DNA of 64,000 nucleotides from a virus. The notes beneath the pieces are model-generated. The model saw only the letters and a list, made by a program, of their open reading frames with translations. It ran no database searches and was not told the origin of the DNA. The position numbers and the translations under genes were made by a program. Where the stretch lies: positions 32,001 through 96,000 of IMG/VR virus record IMGVR_UViG_3300031918_000006. One strand, written 5' to 3'. Positions 9,789-20,900 of the stretch are shown here, piece after piece; positions within the stretch are counted from its first letter, which is position 1; each line of letters begins with the position of its first letter.

Positions 9789-12700
9789 ATGGAAAATACT
9801 AAAGATACCAATGATTGGGTAGCCGCTAATTTAGCATTACCTGGAGCTCCTATAGAGGAATTTAAACAGAATAATATCACTCCAGAGAATACTACTTTAA
9901 AAGACAAAGACTTCTATAAAGGGACAAAAACAATACAAGAAACTTTCACTAATCCCGAGAATGGTAAATTTGATGATGATAAATACAATCAATTTTATAA
10001 TTCTATGCTATTCACTTATAATGAATATGCTAATCAAGATGCAGTAGGTAAAGCAGATAAAGACTTTGACTACGCACCCTTTGACATGTTTGCACCGCAA
10101 AATGCCAAAAGAGTACAGGATTTATATAAAATAGAAAAAGTAAGAAATCCTTTTAAAACAAAAGTTGGTATTGAGGATTTTAATTATAAAAGTAAACCCG
10201 CACTTTCTTTAGAGGAAATAGCTCAGGATAATAATGTTAGAGACCATCTTACTGGAAAAGTATTAGATTGGACTCCTAATGATGATAGTGCCACAGGTAT
10301 TTTTGATTTTCTAAAAAGACCTACTTTAGTAGTGGGGCAATATGATGAAGATGGGGAACACTATGATGAGTTTGAAGGAAGAAAAATTAAACACAGAAAA
10401 GGCGATTATAAATTAGATGCAGATGGTAAACCTTATTTTGAAACTTTAGGAGATAGAGAAGTTTATAATAGAGAAGTTTTAAATTGGTCTGATACTCTAA
10501 CAAAAGAAGGTACTTGGTTAAATAAGTATGACTTCATGGATTCAGATGGTTTAGATAAATCTCATATTGGCAGTGTTATGAAAATGGCTGCCAAAGTAAC
10601 TCCTTTATTCATACCTGGCGTGGGTGAAATTTATGCTGCTGGTATTTTAGGAGTAGATTTAATGAATGTAGTCCCAATTCTATTAAAAGCTGGAATAGGT
10701 TCTGTAATTGGAGATAGAGATACTGATAAAGATTACTGGAAAACAATGAATAAAGTACAAGGAGTTGGTAAAACTCTCTCTGCTAATTCTGTTTCAGATT
10801 ACGCTAAAACCAGTACATTTTCTTTTGAGAATATAAGTTCTATGTTGGGTGATGTATTTACACAATTATACACACAAAGAGCTATAGCCTCTATTCCTAA
10901 ATATATAGGAATGAATAAAGCTAGTGTAGAACCTTTAAAAGAAGTAGCTGAGCATTTTGATGATGCTACTATAGCTAAAATATTTGAGGGGTCTCTTACC
11001 ACTGGTGAACGTCATATGATACTTGAAAAAGTACCAGAAGCTGCTAATTACATTGATAGGGCAGTTAAATCTGCTAAGTTATCTAGAGCACTAGCTACAA
11101 CTTATATGTCAGCTACGTCGGCTGCAGGTGTCGCAGATCAAGCCAAAGCAATAGGTCTTGATGAGAGAGACACAGGTCTTTTATATTTAGGAACTTCTTT
11201 AGGCTTTTTTGGTATGATGACTTCATTGCCAATTGGAGAATGGGCTTTGAAAGGAATTGGTCTTGAAGAAACTGGTTTATTAGTTAATAGAGGTATTAAA
11301 GATGCTGCACAACCTTTTGTAGAGGATCTTAAGAAACTAGGTAGTACTATGGTAAAAACACCAAGAGATTTTCAAAAAATCTTTAAAATAGGTAAAGCCA
11401 TTGGTGATGCTGTAGGAAAAAAACTTAGTCATGTGGATGGTTATTTAGGAGCTATGGCTTCTGAGGGAACAGAAGAAGTCACAGAACAAGTTATGCAAGA
11501 TTCTATTACTAATATTTATAATGGATTAGCTTCCTTAGGAATAACTTCAACTCAAGATCCTAAAAAACAGTTTACTTACGGAGATACCTCTGATATAGTT
11601 GCAAACTATGCCATGAACTTTTTTGGTGGTGTAGCAGGTGGAGCTATGTTTAGATTTCATGATCAAATTGCAAATGGCAGTAGAGAAAATGATGAATCTA
11701 CTAAAGATATTTACTGGTTAATTAGAAATGGTTATAAAGATAAATTAGATGCTGCTACTAATAAATTAATTCAAAAGGGATACTTTGGAAGTACTACATT
11801 AACAGCTGAACAGGTAGATATAGATCTTCCAGGAGCTGGGAGAAAGACAGTTATGCGTCCTAAAAGAGATGGTGATTTATCTCAAAATGAAGTTATAGGT
11901 AGAACTATGTTGGGGCTATTTAATAATGTCCAGAATCAAATATTTCAAGAAGGAATTCAACCTGATAGTGCTCTTACCAGAGTGCTTGATGCTAGATACG
12001 ATTTAATAGTAAAAGATTTAAAAGTGAATAGTTCTCTTTATGAGGACCATACTGCTCTTGTAAATGATATTTTAGGATTAAATAATGATATTGCTAAAGC
12101 TTTAGCAGTTCCAGCAGATTTAAACTCTCCTGAATCAACTGTATTAGCTACTGCAGAATCTGTAAATGCTATGCAGATAAAATTAGCAGAAAAAAGAGAA
12201 GCTTTAAAGTTGATTACTTCAGGAGAGGCCTTTCCCTCATATCAAAGCCAGGCTTTATTTAATATGAGTCAGGTACTTAATGGTGCTTTTGGAAATACAT
12301 CTGCTGATGATTTAGCTTGGAATAAATATAAAAAACATTATAGAGGACTTAATGAAACTGAGAAGAAAGACATTGATGAAGAATATGTTGCTTGGAAAGC
12401 TGCTAATAAAAAAGATGCACTTAAATCGGGTTATCGTACATTTAATTTTCTTAATGAAAAATTCTCTCCTAGATTAGCAGAACTAGCTAAATATGCAGAA
12501 CAAAGAAAAGGACACTATACATTAGTAGATGAATTAGGTAATAAAAATAAGTTTAATCTCTCTGCAAATACATTAGCTGAGATTAGCAAATCTAAAAGTT
12601 ATTTAGGTAAAACTTTAACTGTTAGTGAAGCATTAAATGATGCTATTAAAGGAAAAAAAGATGTTAATTCTATTTTAAAAGCAGTGGATGATATTATGGG

Positions 12701-15700
12701 ATTTGTTACCAATCCTAGTATTGACAGACTTGATAAGAATTTTACCAATGAAATGAGGGATGTATTTGACGGGCTCACTTTAAATGATTTAATTGGAGAA
12801 AATGCATCTTTATTTGATACATTAAGTGAGGATGAAAACTTTAATGAAGAGGGATTACCTGGAACTGATTATGACTTATTAAGTATAGATGATCTTTTAA
12901 ATGAGAATCTTACAAGTGTTTTTAATAAACTAGACGCTGCTAAATTACATAATAAAGATAATCAACGTGCATTAAATACAATCACTAAAATCACTTCTTA
13001 TATATTAGGTAATCCTAATGTTAATTTGATGAATAGTAAAAAAGCAGAATTTGAACAAGCTGTGCACGGAAGAACTATTAATACTTTAAATGAATTATTA
13101 GACCAGTTTGATTTTTTACAAAATGGAACTAAATCTACTATTACTCAATTATTAACAAATGAGTTTGAAGCTTTAGGAAAAGTAAATGATATCAATGATT
13201 ATCAAATATATAATCCTAATACTATTGAAAATTTAGAAAGTGCTAAAGTATTACTTGAACGTTTACAAGCTTTAGTTATTGCCTCAACAGAATATGATCA
13301 TAAAAAACATGGTATCTCAGGTTATAATAGTATAATCAATAATACATTTAAAGGATCTCAATTAGGAATTATCACACAAGAACAAGCTACTCCTTTATTA
13401 AAAGAAATTCAACAAATTAATGCAAAAATTGAATTATTTTTAACACTCTCTGCATTTAATAAAGAGAGTAAAGTGAAAAATAATATAGCTTCTGGTATAA
13501 ATATGGAGACTCTGTTCTTTGGACATTTACAAGAAGGTTCTTTTAGAAATATGTTGGATAGTTTAAAAATAGAAGAAGAAGAATTCATTACTCCTGATAT
13601 GGCTAAATCTATCGAGGATGCTAAAACCATAAAAAGATCTTTAGAAATTAAACAATCTAAAGAAGGAGAACTTCCATCTTCAGATGAAGAAGTATTTCAA
13701 TTTGAAGCAGAACGTTTAAAAATAAATAAAGTATTCTTTGAGAGAGTAAAAGAACTTAATTTAAAATATGGAGAAGATAAAATACACGAATTACTCTTTA
13801 ATAATACGTTAGCTAAACAATTATTTCCAGTAGCACAAATGAGTCATGCTACTCCTACTAATTTTAATACTACTACAACTCAAATTCAACCTTTAGATTT
13901 ATTTATATGGTGGAATACAATGGTTACAGAGGATCCTGCAGAATTCTATACTGAATTAAGAGGAGATGAAACAGAACCAGGTAAATATGATGGAATAGAA
14001 ACAAGTAAATATGTTCCATTTTATGCACAAGAGTATTCTGCTAAAATTATATTAAGTTTTCTTGATAATAAAAGTTGGATAAATAAATCTCTTAATTATT
14101 TAGGAGGAGTTGATACAGAAGGCGCTGCTATTACTGGTACTTTTATGGGTAAATTACATGAAACCTTTAAAAATCTGGTATTTGTAAATGGTGTTCCTGG
14201 TGCTGGTAAATCATCTGCTGTTGGTTATACCGTAGCTAAAATATTGAAAAAGAGAGGTAAAACTTTCTGGACTGCTGGCGCTTATGATACACAAGCAAAA
14301 CAATTGGAAACTCTATTAGAAAATCCAACTGCAAATGTTTCTTTTAATAAAACACGCTTATTAGCACAATTTCTTATTCCAGAAGCTGTTACAGAAATTA
14401 CTAATTCTAATGCTTCTTGTTTAGGCAAAGGAAGTATGACTGATATTGTAACTAAATTAGCTGAAAATAAATTAATTAAACTTAATAGAGTAGTAGAGAA
14501 ACAAGAGGGAAAAGAATATGAAAAACTTAAGGTAGGTGAAATTAAACCAGAAGCATTCTTAGAAATAAACAGAAGTACTTTACCAGCAGCAATTTTTTTA
14601 GATGAGATTACTCATTTATCTATGATTGAATTAGAAGCATTACGTCAATCCTTAATACGTTTAGGAGAAGATGCTCCTCTTATAATAGGTTTAGGAGATT
14701 CACTTCAAAATGGTTTTAGAATTGCAGGGGAAGATCATAATATGGATATGTTTAGAACTTGGAATACTCCAAAATTAGCCGGATCATTAAGAACATCTAA
14801 TGATTTAAAGAATACTAATCTTATCAATACAGTTGCTAGATATAGTATGATTACAGAGGCTTATGATAAAGTATTTACTGAACAAAGTGTAGACTATGCT
14901 GCAGTTAAAGCTAATATTGAAAGCATGCATAATCCTGATGATGAATCTACTTGGTATAAATTAGGTCACCATACTAATGAGATGGGAATTGTATTTGGAG
15001 AAAAGGTATCTAATGCTTTAGGAGTGTCTAAAGATTTAAAAAATATCTTAGATAATACAATTGGAACTGTGGGATTTATCACTGATAATAATACCTCAGA
15101 AAATGAAATTTTATCTGGATTAACTCCTTCTCAAAAAAGTAGATTAGACATTAAAAGTATAACTGATGTACAAGGTTTAGAATATGATCACATAGTAATA
15201 GATGTGGATTGGAATGCTTTAGCTCAAGATACTCCTATGGGTCCGCTTAACTTTATTTCAAATGTTTATACTTTAACTACTCGTTCTAGAGTTGGGAGTT
15301 TAATATTGGATAGAAATTTTAGTACCAACAATTATTTAGTAGTTAAATCTCAAGAAGCTAATCAAGTAATTGATGTTACTTTAGATAAAGAAATTCTTAA
15401 AAAATTTAAAGAAAAAAGAGTAGAAGATGTAACTAAATTAGCTAATTTTTTTGAAGGTACTACTTCTGTGACTCCTAAGATTAAATCTAAAGACGTTACT
15501 CCAGCTATTCTTCCTGTATCTGCTACTGAAAGTTTTGCTCAAGAAATTAAGAGAATGGACGAGGAAATTGAGGCAGCTGAAGCTGGTAATAGTTCTACAA
15601 ATAGACAAATGCCCACATTAGATCTAGCTCAAAAAAATACTCATTTAATGACTTACCCTTACTATGAGAGAGTAGGAGTTCCTGGAGAAGATGCTCTTAT

Positions 15701-17945
15701 CTTTGGTTTAGAAGATGGAGAAAAACCTGATTTAAAATTCCTTATGGATATTAAAAACTCTGTATTCTATGGGGCAGGTGAAGATAAAATTATGGAAATC
15801 CTTAAAAATAAAGGAATTGATAATATTGATAGTTTAAAAGTAGTTGTGAGAGCTTCTATGTATAATCCTGTTACCGATACTGACAATTCTAAAGTTGTAA
15901 GTGGTAAAAGGGATGCTGATCAAGAGTTAACTACAAAAGATGTGTTTTTAAGGACGGCTTTAAGAATTGAACGTTCTGATAATACTGGAAAGTTATCGCC
16001 CTTTTATATTACTTTAGGTGTATTTTCTTCTCCTAAAAGTACTTCAAAATATGATTATAAAAATGATGCTAAATTAAGTGATGTACTTAAAGATGTTACT
16101 GCTAAAGCAGAATTAGCTTTAAAAACTTCACCTAGTGTTGATTTAACAATTAATCATAGTAATCCTCTTGAGTTATTAAAATATACTACTAATATTCAAC
16201 TTGATTATTTAGAAAATCCAATTAGTTTTAAAGATTTTAAAGAAGATCTTAGTAGATCAGCTGTAGTTTCTCCTATTCATATTTTTACTGGACATAACAG
16301 TGCAGTAGCAGGCAGTCCCTCACAAAATCAGAGATTAAATGAGTGGATTAAAAAGGGAAATAACTCAGCTAAAGAAAGATCATTGGCCGGGAGGGCAGTA
16401 GTATTTGTATCTTTTGATAATAATTTAAAGTCTAGTGAATTAGCAGATAAATTTGCAGAAGAGATTATGACTAATAGTCCTAATCCTAGAGTAAAAGCTG
16501 TGATGTTAAATTCTAAAGGAACTGATCCTAAAATTTGGTTCGAAAATGCTTGGAATACTTTAGCAGATGCTAAAAAGAAACCTACTGAAAGAGTTGCGAT
16601 GGGAACTTTAGCATCTCAACATATGGCTACTTTTATGGCTAGTACTATTAAAATGATGGCAGACTCTTCTAAATATACAGGAAAAACAGAGATCATTAAG
16701 ACTATTGCAAAGACTATAATTGAGAGACTTGGTACTGGTGAGGGTAATATGAATATTTTAGAAATAGATAGAAATGCAGAAGAAGCATTTAGATGTAAAG
16801 TTAAAGCTTATACGGATGATAAAATTAAAAATCCAGAAGAGTACTTAGCCTCAGCTGCTGCTGGTTATCTTAAATTAAAACCAAATCAAAGAATCTCTGC
16901 TTTTAACTTTAACCATACTTATAGATTATTAGTAGGCATGGGTATAGCAATGAATGGAGGTTTACACTCTGAAAGTGCAGAAGTTAAGCAGTATTTTGAA
17001 CCTATTTCTAAATATACAACTCAATATGGAGAATTTTTAGAAGAATTTTATAGTTTACTTAGAAAGGAATTTGTACATGGTATATTTTCACATCCTTCTT
17101 ATAATATTAGAGGGCCACGTACTAATAATGATTATGCTCAAATAGTAGAAAATGAAGAGGATGATTTTGAAGTAACAGCTCGTGCTACACTTCCTAATTC
17201 ACTTTTAAATCTTCAATTAGTTATGGATAATAAACAGTCTTTAAATAAAGAACAAACTGAAAAATCTAGAAATTTATCAAGTATCTCTGATTATATAACT
17301 TTAAGACAAAATAGTATGTCTACAGAAATGATTGAGGAATTTATTAGAGGAGCTGGTGCCATTAGAAACTTATATGATGTAGGAAAAGAAACCTCTGTTG
17401 CTGCAATTATGTCAAATATTGACGCTCTTTATGATAAATTATCAAAAGCAGTGTATACTACCTCTAATTTAATAGACGGTATTAATAAAATGCAATGGAC
17501 TAATACTGAAGTCTCTCAAAAAGATGTAAGTAATCCTGAGAATAAAATTCAGAATAATGGGGATGGTTCTTTTGTAGTTACAGGAAATAATGGTAAATTT
17601 GACTTCGAAATAAAATATAATATGAATGAATCAATCGAAGAAAATAAAATGAAAATCACTACTAATGAAAGACCTATTCCTTTAGAAGAAGTTGGTAACC
17701 TTATACAAAAAACTACTGATTTAGTAAATAAATTTAAAATGCAATACTCAGACATTATTCCTGAGGATATATTTGCAAATGTATTAAGTGCTCTATCAAC
17801 AGGAACAAGAGAAATAGTACCAGGAAGTGCAATGCAAATGGCATTTGCACAATTATCTGCACAAGCTCTTACATTAGATGATGAAGCATTACTAAAAACT
17901 TTACATGACTACACTAATACAAAAGACATCAATACTTGTAACTAA
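9789..17945 (+). CDS. Giant virion protein (2718 aa) with a central SF1 helicase-like domain
   Basis: Walker A GVPGAGKS, Walker B IFLDE, motif III GLGDSLQ, motif V VQGLEYD, motif VI YTLTTRSR; N-terminal hydrophobic segments. Confidence 0.75.
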   Translation: MENTKDTNDWVAANLALPGAPIEEFKQNNITPENTTLKDKDFYKGTKTIQETFTNPENGKFDDDKYNQFYNSMLFTYNEYANQDAVGKADKDFDYAPFDMFAPQNAKRVQDLYKIEKVRNPFKTKVGIEDFNYKSKPALSLEEIAQDNNVRDHLTGKVLDWTPNDDSATGIFDFLKRPTLVVGQYDEDGEHYDEFEGRKIKHRKGDYKLDADGKPYFETLGDREVYNREVLNWSDTLTKEGTWLNKYDFMDSDGLDKSHIGSVMKMAAKVTPLFIPGVGEIYAAGILGVDLMNVVPILLKAGIGSVIGDRDTDKDYWKTMNKVQGVGKTLSANSVSDYAKTSTFSFENISSMLGDVFTQLYTQRAIASIPKYIGMNKASVEPLKEVAEHFDDATIAKIFEGSLTTGERHMILEKVPEAANYIDRAVKSAKLSRALATTYMSATSAAGVADQAKAIGLDERDTGLLYLGTSLGFFGMMTSLPIGEWALKGIGLEETGLLVNRGIKDAAQPFVEDLKKLGSTMVKTPRDFQKIFKIGKAIGDAVGKKLSHVDGYLGAMASEGTEEVTEQVMQDSITNIYNGLASLGITSTQDPKKQFTYGDTSDIVANYAMNFFGGVAGGAMFRFHDQIANGSRENDESTKDIYWLIRNGYKDKLDAATNKLIQKGYFGSTTLTAEQVDIDLPGAGRKTVMRPKRDGDLSQNEVIGRTMLGLFNNVQNQIFQEGIQPDSALTRVLDARYDLIVKDLKVNSSLYEDHTALVNDILGLNNDIAKALAVPADLNSPESTVLATAESVNAMQIKLAEKREALKLITSGEAFPSYQSQALFNMSQVLNGAFGNTSADDLAWNKYKKHYRGLNETEKKDIDEEYVAWKAANKKDALKSGYRTFNFLNEKFSPRLAELAKYAEQRKGHYTLVDELGNKNKFNLSANTLAEISKSKSYLGKTLTVSEALNDAIKGKKDVNSILKAVDDIMGFVTNPSIDRLDKNFTNEMRDVFDGLTLNDLIGENASLFDTLSEDENFNEEGLPGTDYDLLSIDDLLNENLTSVFNKLDAAKLHNKDNQRALNTITKITSYILGNPNVNLMNSKKAEFEQAVHGRTINTLNELLDQFDFLQNGTKSTITQLLTNEFEALGKVNDINDYQIYNPNTIENLESAKVLLERLQALVIASTEYDHKKHGISGYNSIINNTFKGSQLGIITQEQATPLLKEIQQINAKIELFLTLSAFNKESKVKNNIASGINMETLFFGHLQEGSFRNMLDSLKIEEEEFITPDMAKSIEDAKTIKRSLEIKQSKEGELPSSDEEVFQFEAERLKINKVFFERVKELNLKYGEDKIHELLFNNTLAKQLFPVAQMSHATPTNFNTTTTQIQPLDLFIWWNTMVTEDPAEFYTELRGDETEPGKYDGIETSKYVPFYAQEYSAKIILSFLDNKSWINKSLNYLGGVDTEGAAITGTFMGKLHETFKNLVFVNGVPGAGKSSAVGYTVAKILKKRGKTFWTAGAYDTQAKQLETLLENPTANVSFNKTRLLAQFLIPEAVTEITNSNASCLGKGSMTDIVTKLAENKLIKLNRVVEKQEGKEYEKLKVGEIKPEAFLEINRSTLPAAIFLDEITHLSMIELEALRQSLIRLGEDAPLIIGLGDSLQNGFRIAGEDHNMDMFRTWNTPKLAGSLRTSNDLKNTNLINTVARYSMITEAYDKVFTEQSVDYAAVKANIESMHNPDDESTWYKLGHHTNEMGIVFGEKVSNALGVSKDLKNILDNTIGTVGFITDNNTSENEILSGLTPSQKSRLDIKSITDVQGLEYDHIVIDVDWNALAQDTPMGPLNFISNVYTLTTRSRVGSLILDRNFSTNNYLVVKSQEANQVIDVTLDKEILKKFKEKRVEDVTKLANFFEGTTSVTPKIKSKDVTPAILPVSATESFAQEIKRMDEEIEAAEAGNSSTNRQMPTLDLAQKNTHLMTYPYYERVGVPGEDALIFGLEDGEKPDLKFLMDIKNSVFYGAGEDKIMEILKNKGIDNIDSLKVVVRASMYNPVTDTDNSKVVSGKRDADQELTTKDVFLRTALRIERSDNTGKLSPFYITLGVFSSPKSTSKYDYKNDAKLSDVLKDVTAKAELALKTSPSVDLTINHSNPLELLKYTTNIQLDYLENPISFKDFKEDLSRSAVVSPIHIFTGHNSAVAGSPSQNQRLNEWIKKGNNSAKERSLAGRAVVFVSFDNNLKSSELADKFAEEIMTNSPNPRVKAVMLNSKGTDPKIWFENAWNTLADAKKKPTERVAMGTLASQHMATFMASTIKMMADSSKYTGKTEIIKTIAKTIIERLGTGEGNMNILEIDRNAEEAFRCKVKAYTDDKIKNPEEYLASAAAGYLKLKPNQRISAFNFNHTYRLLVGMGIAMNGGLHSESAEVKQYFEPISKYTTQYGEFLEEFYSLLRKEFVHGIFSHPSYNIRGPRTNNDYAQIVENEEDDFEVTARATLPNSLLNLQLVMDNKQSLNKEQTEKSRNLSSISDYITLRQNSMSTEMIEEFIRGAGAIRNLYDVGKETSVAAIMSNIDALYDKLSKAVYTTSNLIDGINKMQWTNTEVSQKDVSNPENKIQNNGDGSFVVTGNNGKFDFEIKYNMNESIEENKMKITTNERPIPLEEVGNLIQKTTDLVNKFKMQYSDIIPEDIFANVLSALSTGTREIVPGSAMQMAFAQLSAQALTLDDEALLKTLHDYTNTKDINTCN

Positions 17946-20900
17946 TGAGAAATAACTGCGGTTTAATATCAACGAACGCGTCCATCGAACTGATGGGCGT
18001 GTTTAATAATTTTATAAAAACACTCTATAAAAAAGGAGCAAAAAATAACTATGCAAGATTAGAGGATAAAATTGCAGAATATCTATATGACAAACATAGG
18101 AAAGACGACAAAAATGATGCTTTAACTCCTGAGGAGAGTCATTTTATTGAACAACAGTTTATTTTATATACAGCTGCTGTTAAACCTATTTTAACTAAAA
18201 GTAGAATAGATACAAAATTTGCAGAAAAAATATGGGGAGATTCTACAGCCGTTAAACCTATAGAATTGTTTTTGGCTGATGTACAGAAAGCATTAATAGA
18301 GGGGAGTGAAACTACATTAACAGAAAAAGTTAAAAATTTATATGAAGTTTCTCCAGAAGATACTTCTTTAATTCCAGCTCCTAAAGAAGAATTAATTCCA
18401 ACACCTCCATTAGAAGGTGAAACTAAAATTACTAAATTCACAGATATTAGTAATAAAATGGATTTAAAAGAAGTTTTTGCAAATGCAAATACTGCTTATT
18501 TATTATTAGAGAGAAGAGTTTCTAATCATATTGTTAGGAATTATTTAATCAATCAAGAAACAGGAGTGTATAACTCTTCAAGTAATTCTGTTGATAAATC
18601 TGTAAAAGCTAATAAAACAAGAATCTATAAAGAACTTATTAAGAATTTTGAGCAAAAGGGAATTAAATTTGTTGATAGTGAGAGAGATTATTACGTTAAT
18701 GGAAGAATTAATGATAACATTAAGAGTGTATTAGATAGAATTGCTGATTATTATAAAAAATATGATGGGACTGGTATAACTAATATCAAATTAGAAGAAT
18801 GGACACAAAATAATATAAATGAGATTTCTGATTTTATAAATTTTGTTACTATCTCTAACTTTGATAATTTGCTTTTATCTTATGGGAAAGGTATATTCAA
18901 AATTTCTGATAGTTACCTAAACTCAGCTAATGAAAAGTATGATGAACCTAAATATGTTTTAGATATTGCTAGTAATATCAATGATAGTATATTTCAAACA
19001 GGTGAATATAACTTATCTGATGAACAATCATCATTGTTTAAGATGTTTATCTCATCTATGCCTTCTGTTACATTTGATAAACAAGTTTCTCATGATAAAG
19101 AAATTGATTTGAATACTGTAAATACAGTAATGGCTAAATTATTACATGGAAATCTATTAGAAGGGGCTCCTATATATGATCCAACAAATAGTATGGAAAG
19201 TATGAAAGCTTTACTTGAATTTGCCATCAATAATTTTACAGGAGAAGGTAAAAAAATAAAGAGTTTTGATAAAATTGAAAAAGACACTTTACTCTCAGTT
19301 TATATGTACTTTTTCAGAAATAATGATGAACTTACTACTAAACATCCTAAAGTTCTATTAAATAACTCATTAAGATCAGCTATACAAGTAGCTTATGGTA
19401 ATGATACTGAATCTGGATTTAAAAATATCCCCTCATTTTATCATTTAGCCTCAAATAGTGAAGTTATTTCTGGGATGGACTACTTTAATGTTATAGTAAG
19501 TAACTTTGATAAAACATACTTAAATGAGTACACAGAGTATACCTACGATAAAGACCGAGGAACCATTACTGTAAATAGTCCTACTGAAAGATTAATTAAT
19601 AGTTCAGAAATTCAATTCACTAATAATTTAAATAATTTTATTAATCAAGAGTTTAATAAGACTTTCTTAGAAAATAGATATAAAGATGTTACTATTGAAG
19701 GTAAAGAGTCTGATATGCCTACAGTAAGATTTGAATTATCTAAAGGAGTATTTATTACAGCTAATTTAGCAAACGGTGGTATCTCAATTACAGATGGTAT
19801 TAAAACTACTGATTCTAAAGCACTTGATTTTAAAATAAGTCCTATACAAGAACAAAAATTAGTAGAAATTTTAAATAAAATCTTACCCCAATTACAATTA
19901 AGAGATGATAAAGGAAATGACTTTTATTATCCTCTTTTTACTCAAGTATTTTCTCCTACTCTGGATGATCATGTAGAAGCATTAACAGCTCTAGCTAAAG
20001 TGGCTGGATATGTAGCTTATACTTCATCTATGGTTAATGAAATAGGTAAAGATGGTTTATTAGGTAGTAAATGGATGAAAAATTTTGGAGCAGACAAGTC
20101 ACCTTATATTAAAGATGATGAGGAGTTTTCTATTGCCAGAATGTTTCCAGGTTATAGTGATATAGCTAAAAATATTGGTAAAGGACTCTCTATTATTAAT
20201 GGTGAAACACATAAAGCTGTAATTAAAGTAGGTAATGTTACTGTTCCTACAATTGGAGAAGTAAGACATTTATATGCTCTTCCTAAATGGAGGAATTGGT
20301 TAATCAAGCAAAATGGTAATAAATTAACTGGAATGCCTATTGCTAGTAATCTATTTATGAGAAATCCTGATTTTTTAAAAGGATTTAAAATTAGAAGTTT
20401 TGTAAAATCAGGTGATAATGTGAAACATTCCTCAGAGATGGCACCACTTGAAATAGCAACTACTTTCATAATGCATGACTATATAGCAGCTGCTAATAAA
20501 TACAATGAAGTTTACATTCAATCTACAGTATTCGCTGATAAAAATAGCCATAATAGTGTAGTTGTAAAACTAAATGAAGAAATTCAAATCCCAGGAATTA
20601 CTAATAAAATCTCTCTCTCAAATGTAACAGCTACTGAATTAAAACAAGCTGCTTTTTTGAATAATGCTACTTATTATAAAGCTATCTCAGATAAGTTAAC
20701 TTCTACTTATATACCAGTGCTACAGACTCTATTGCCTGGGACTACAATTGAATCTACTTTACAAGGAGTTCATGATGCCATGAGCAAAGTTCAAGAACAG
20801 GATTTTAGAAATGCTTTTTATAAACATTATAATGGAAGTGAGTATATTATTGAAGATTTAGGAATAGAAAAGAATAAAAAAGATGGCACATGTGGTTTAT

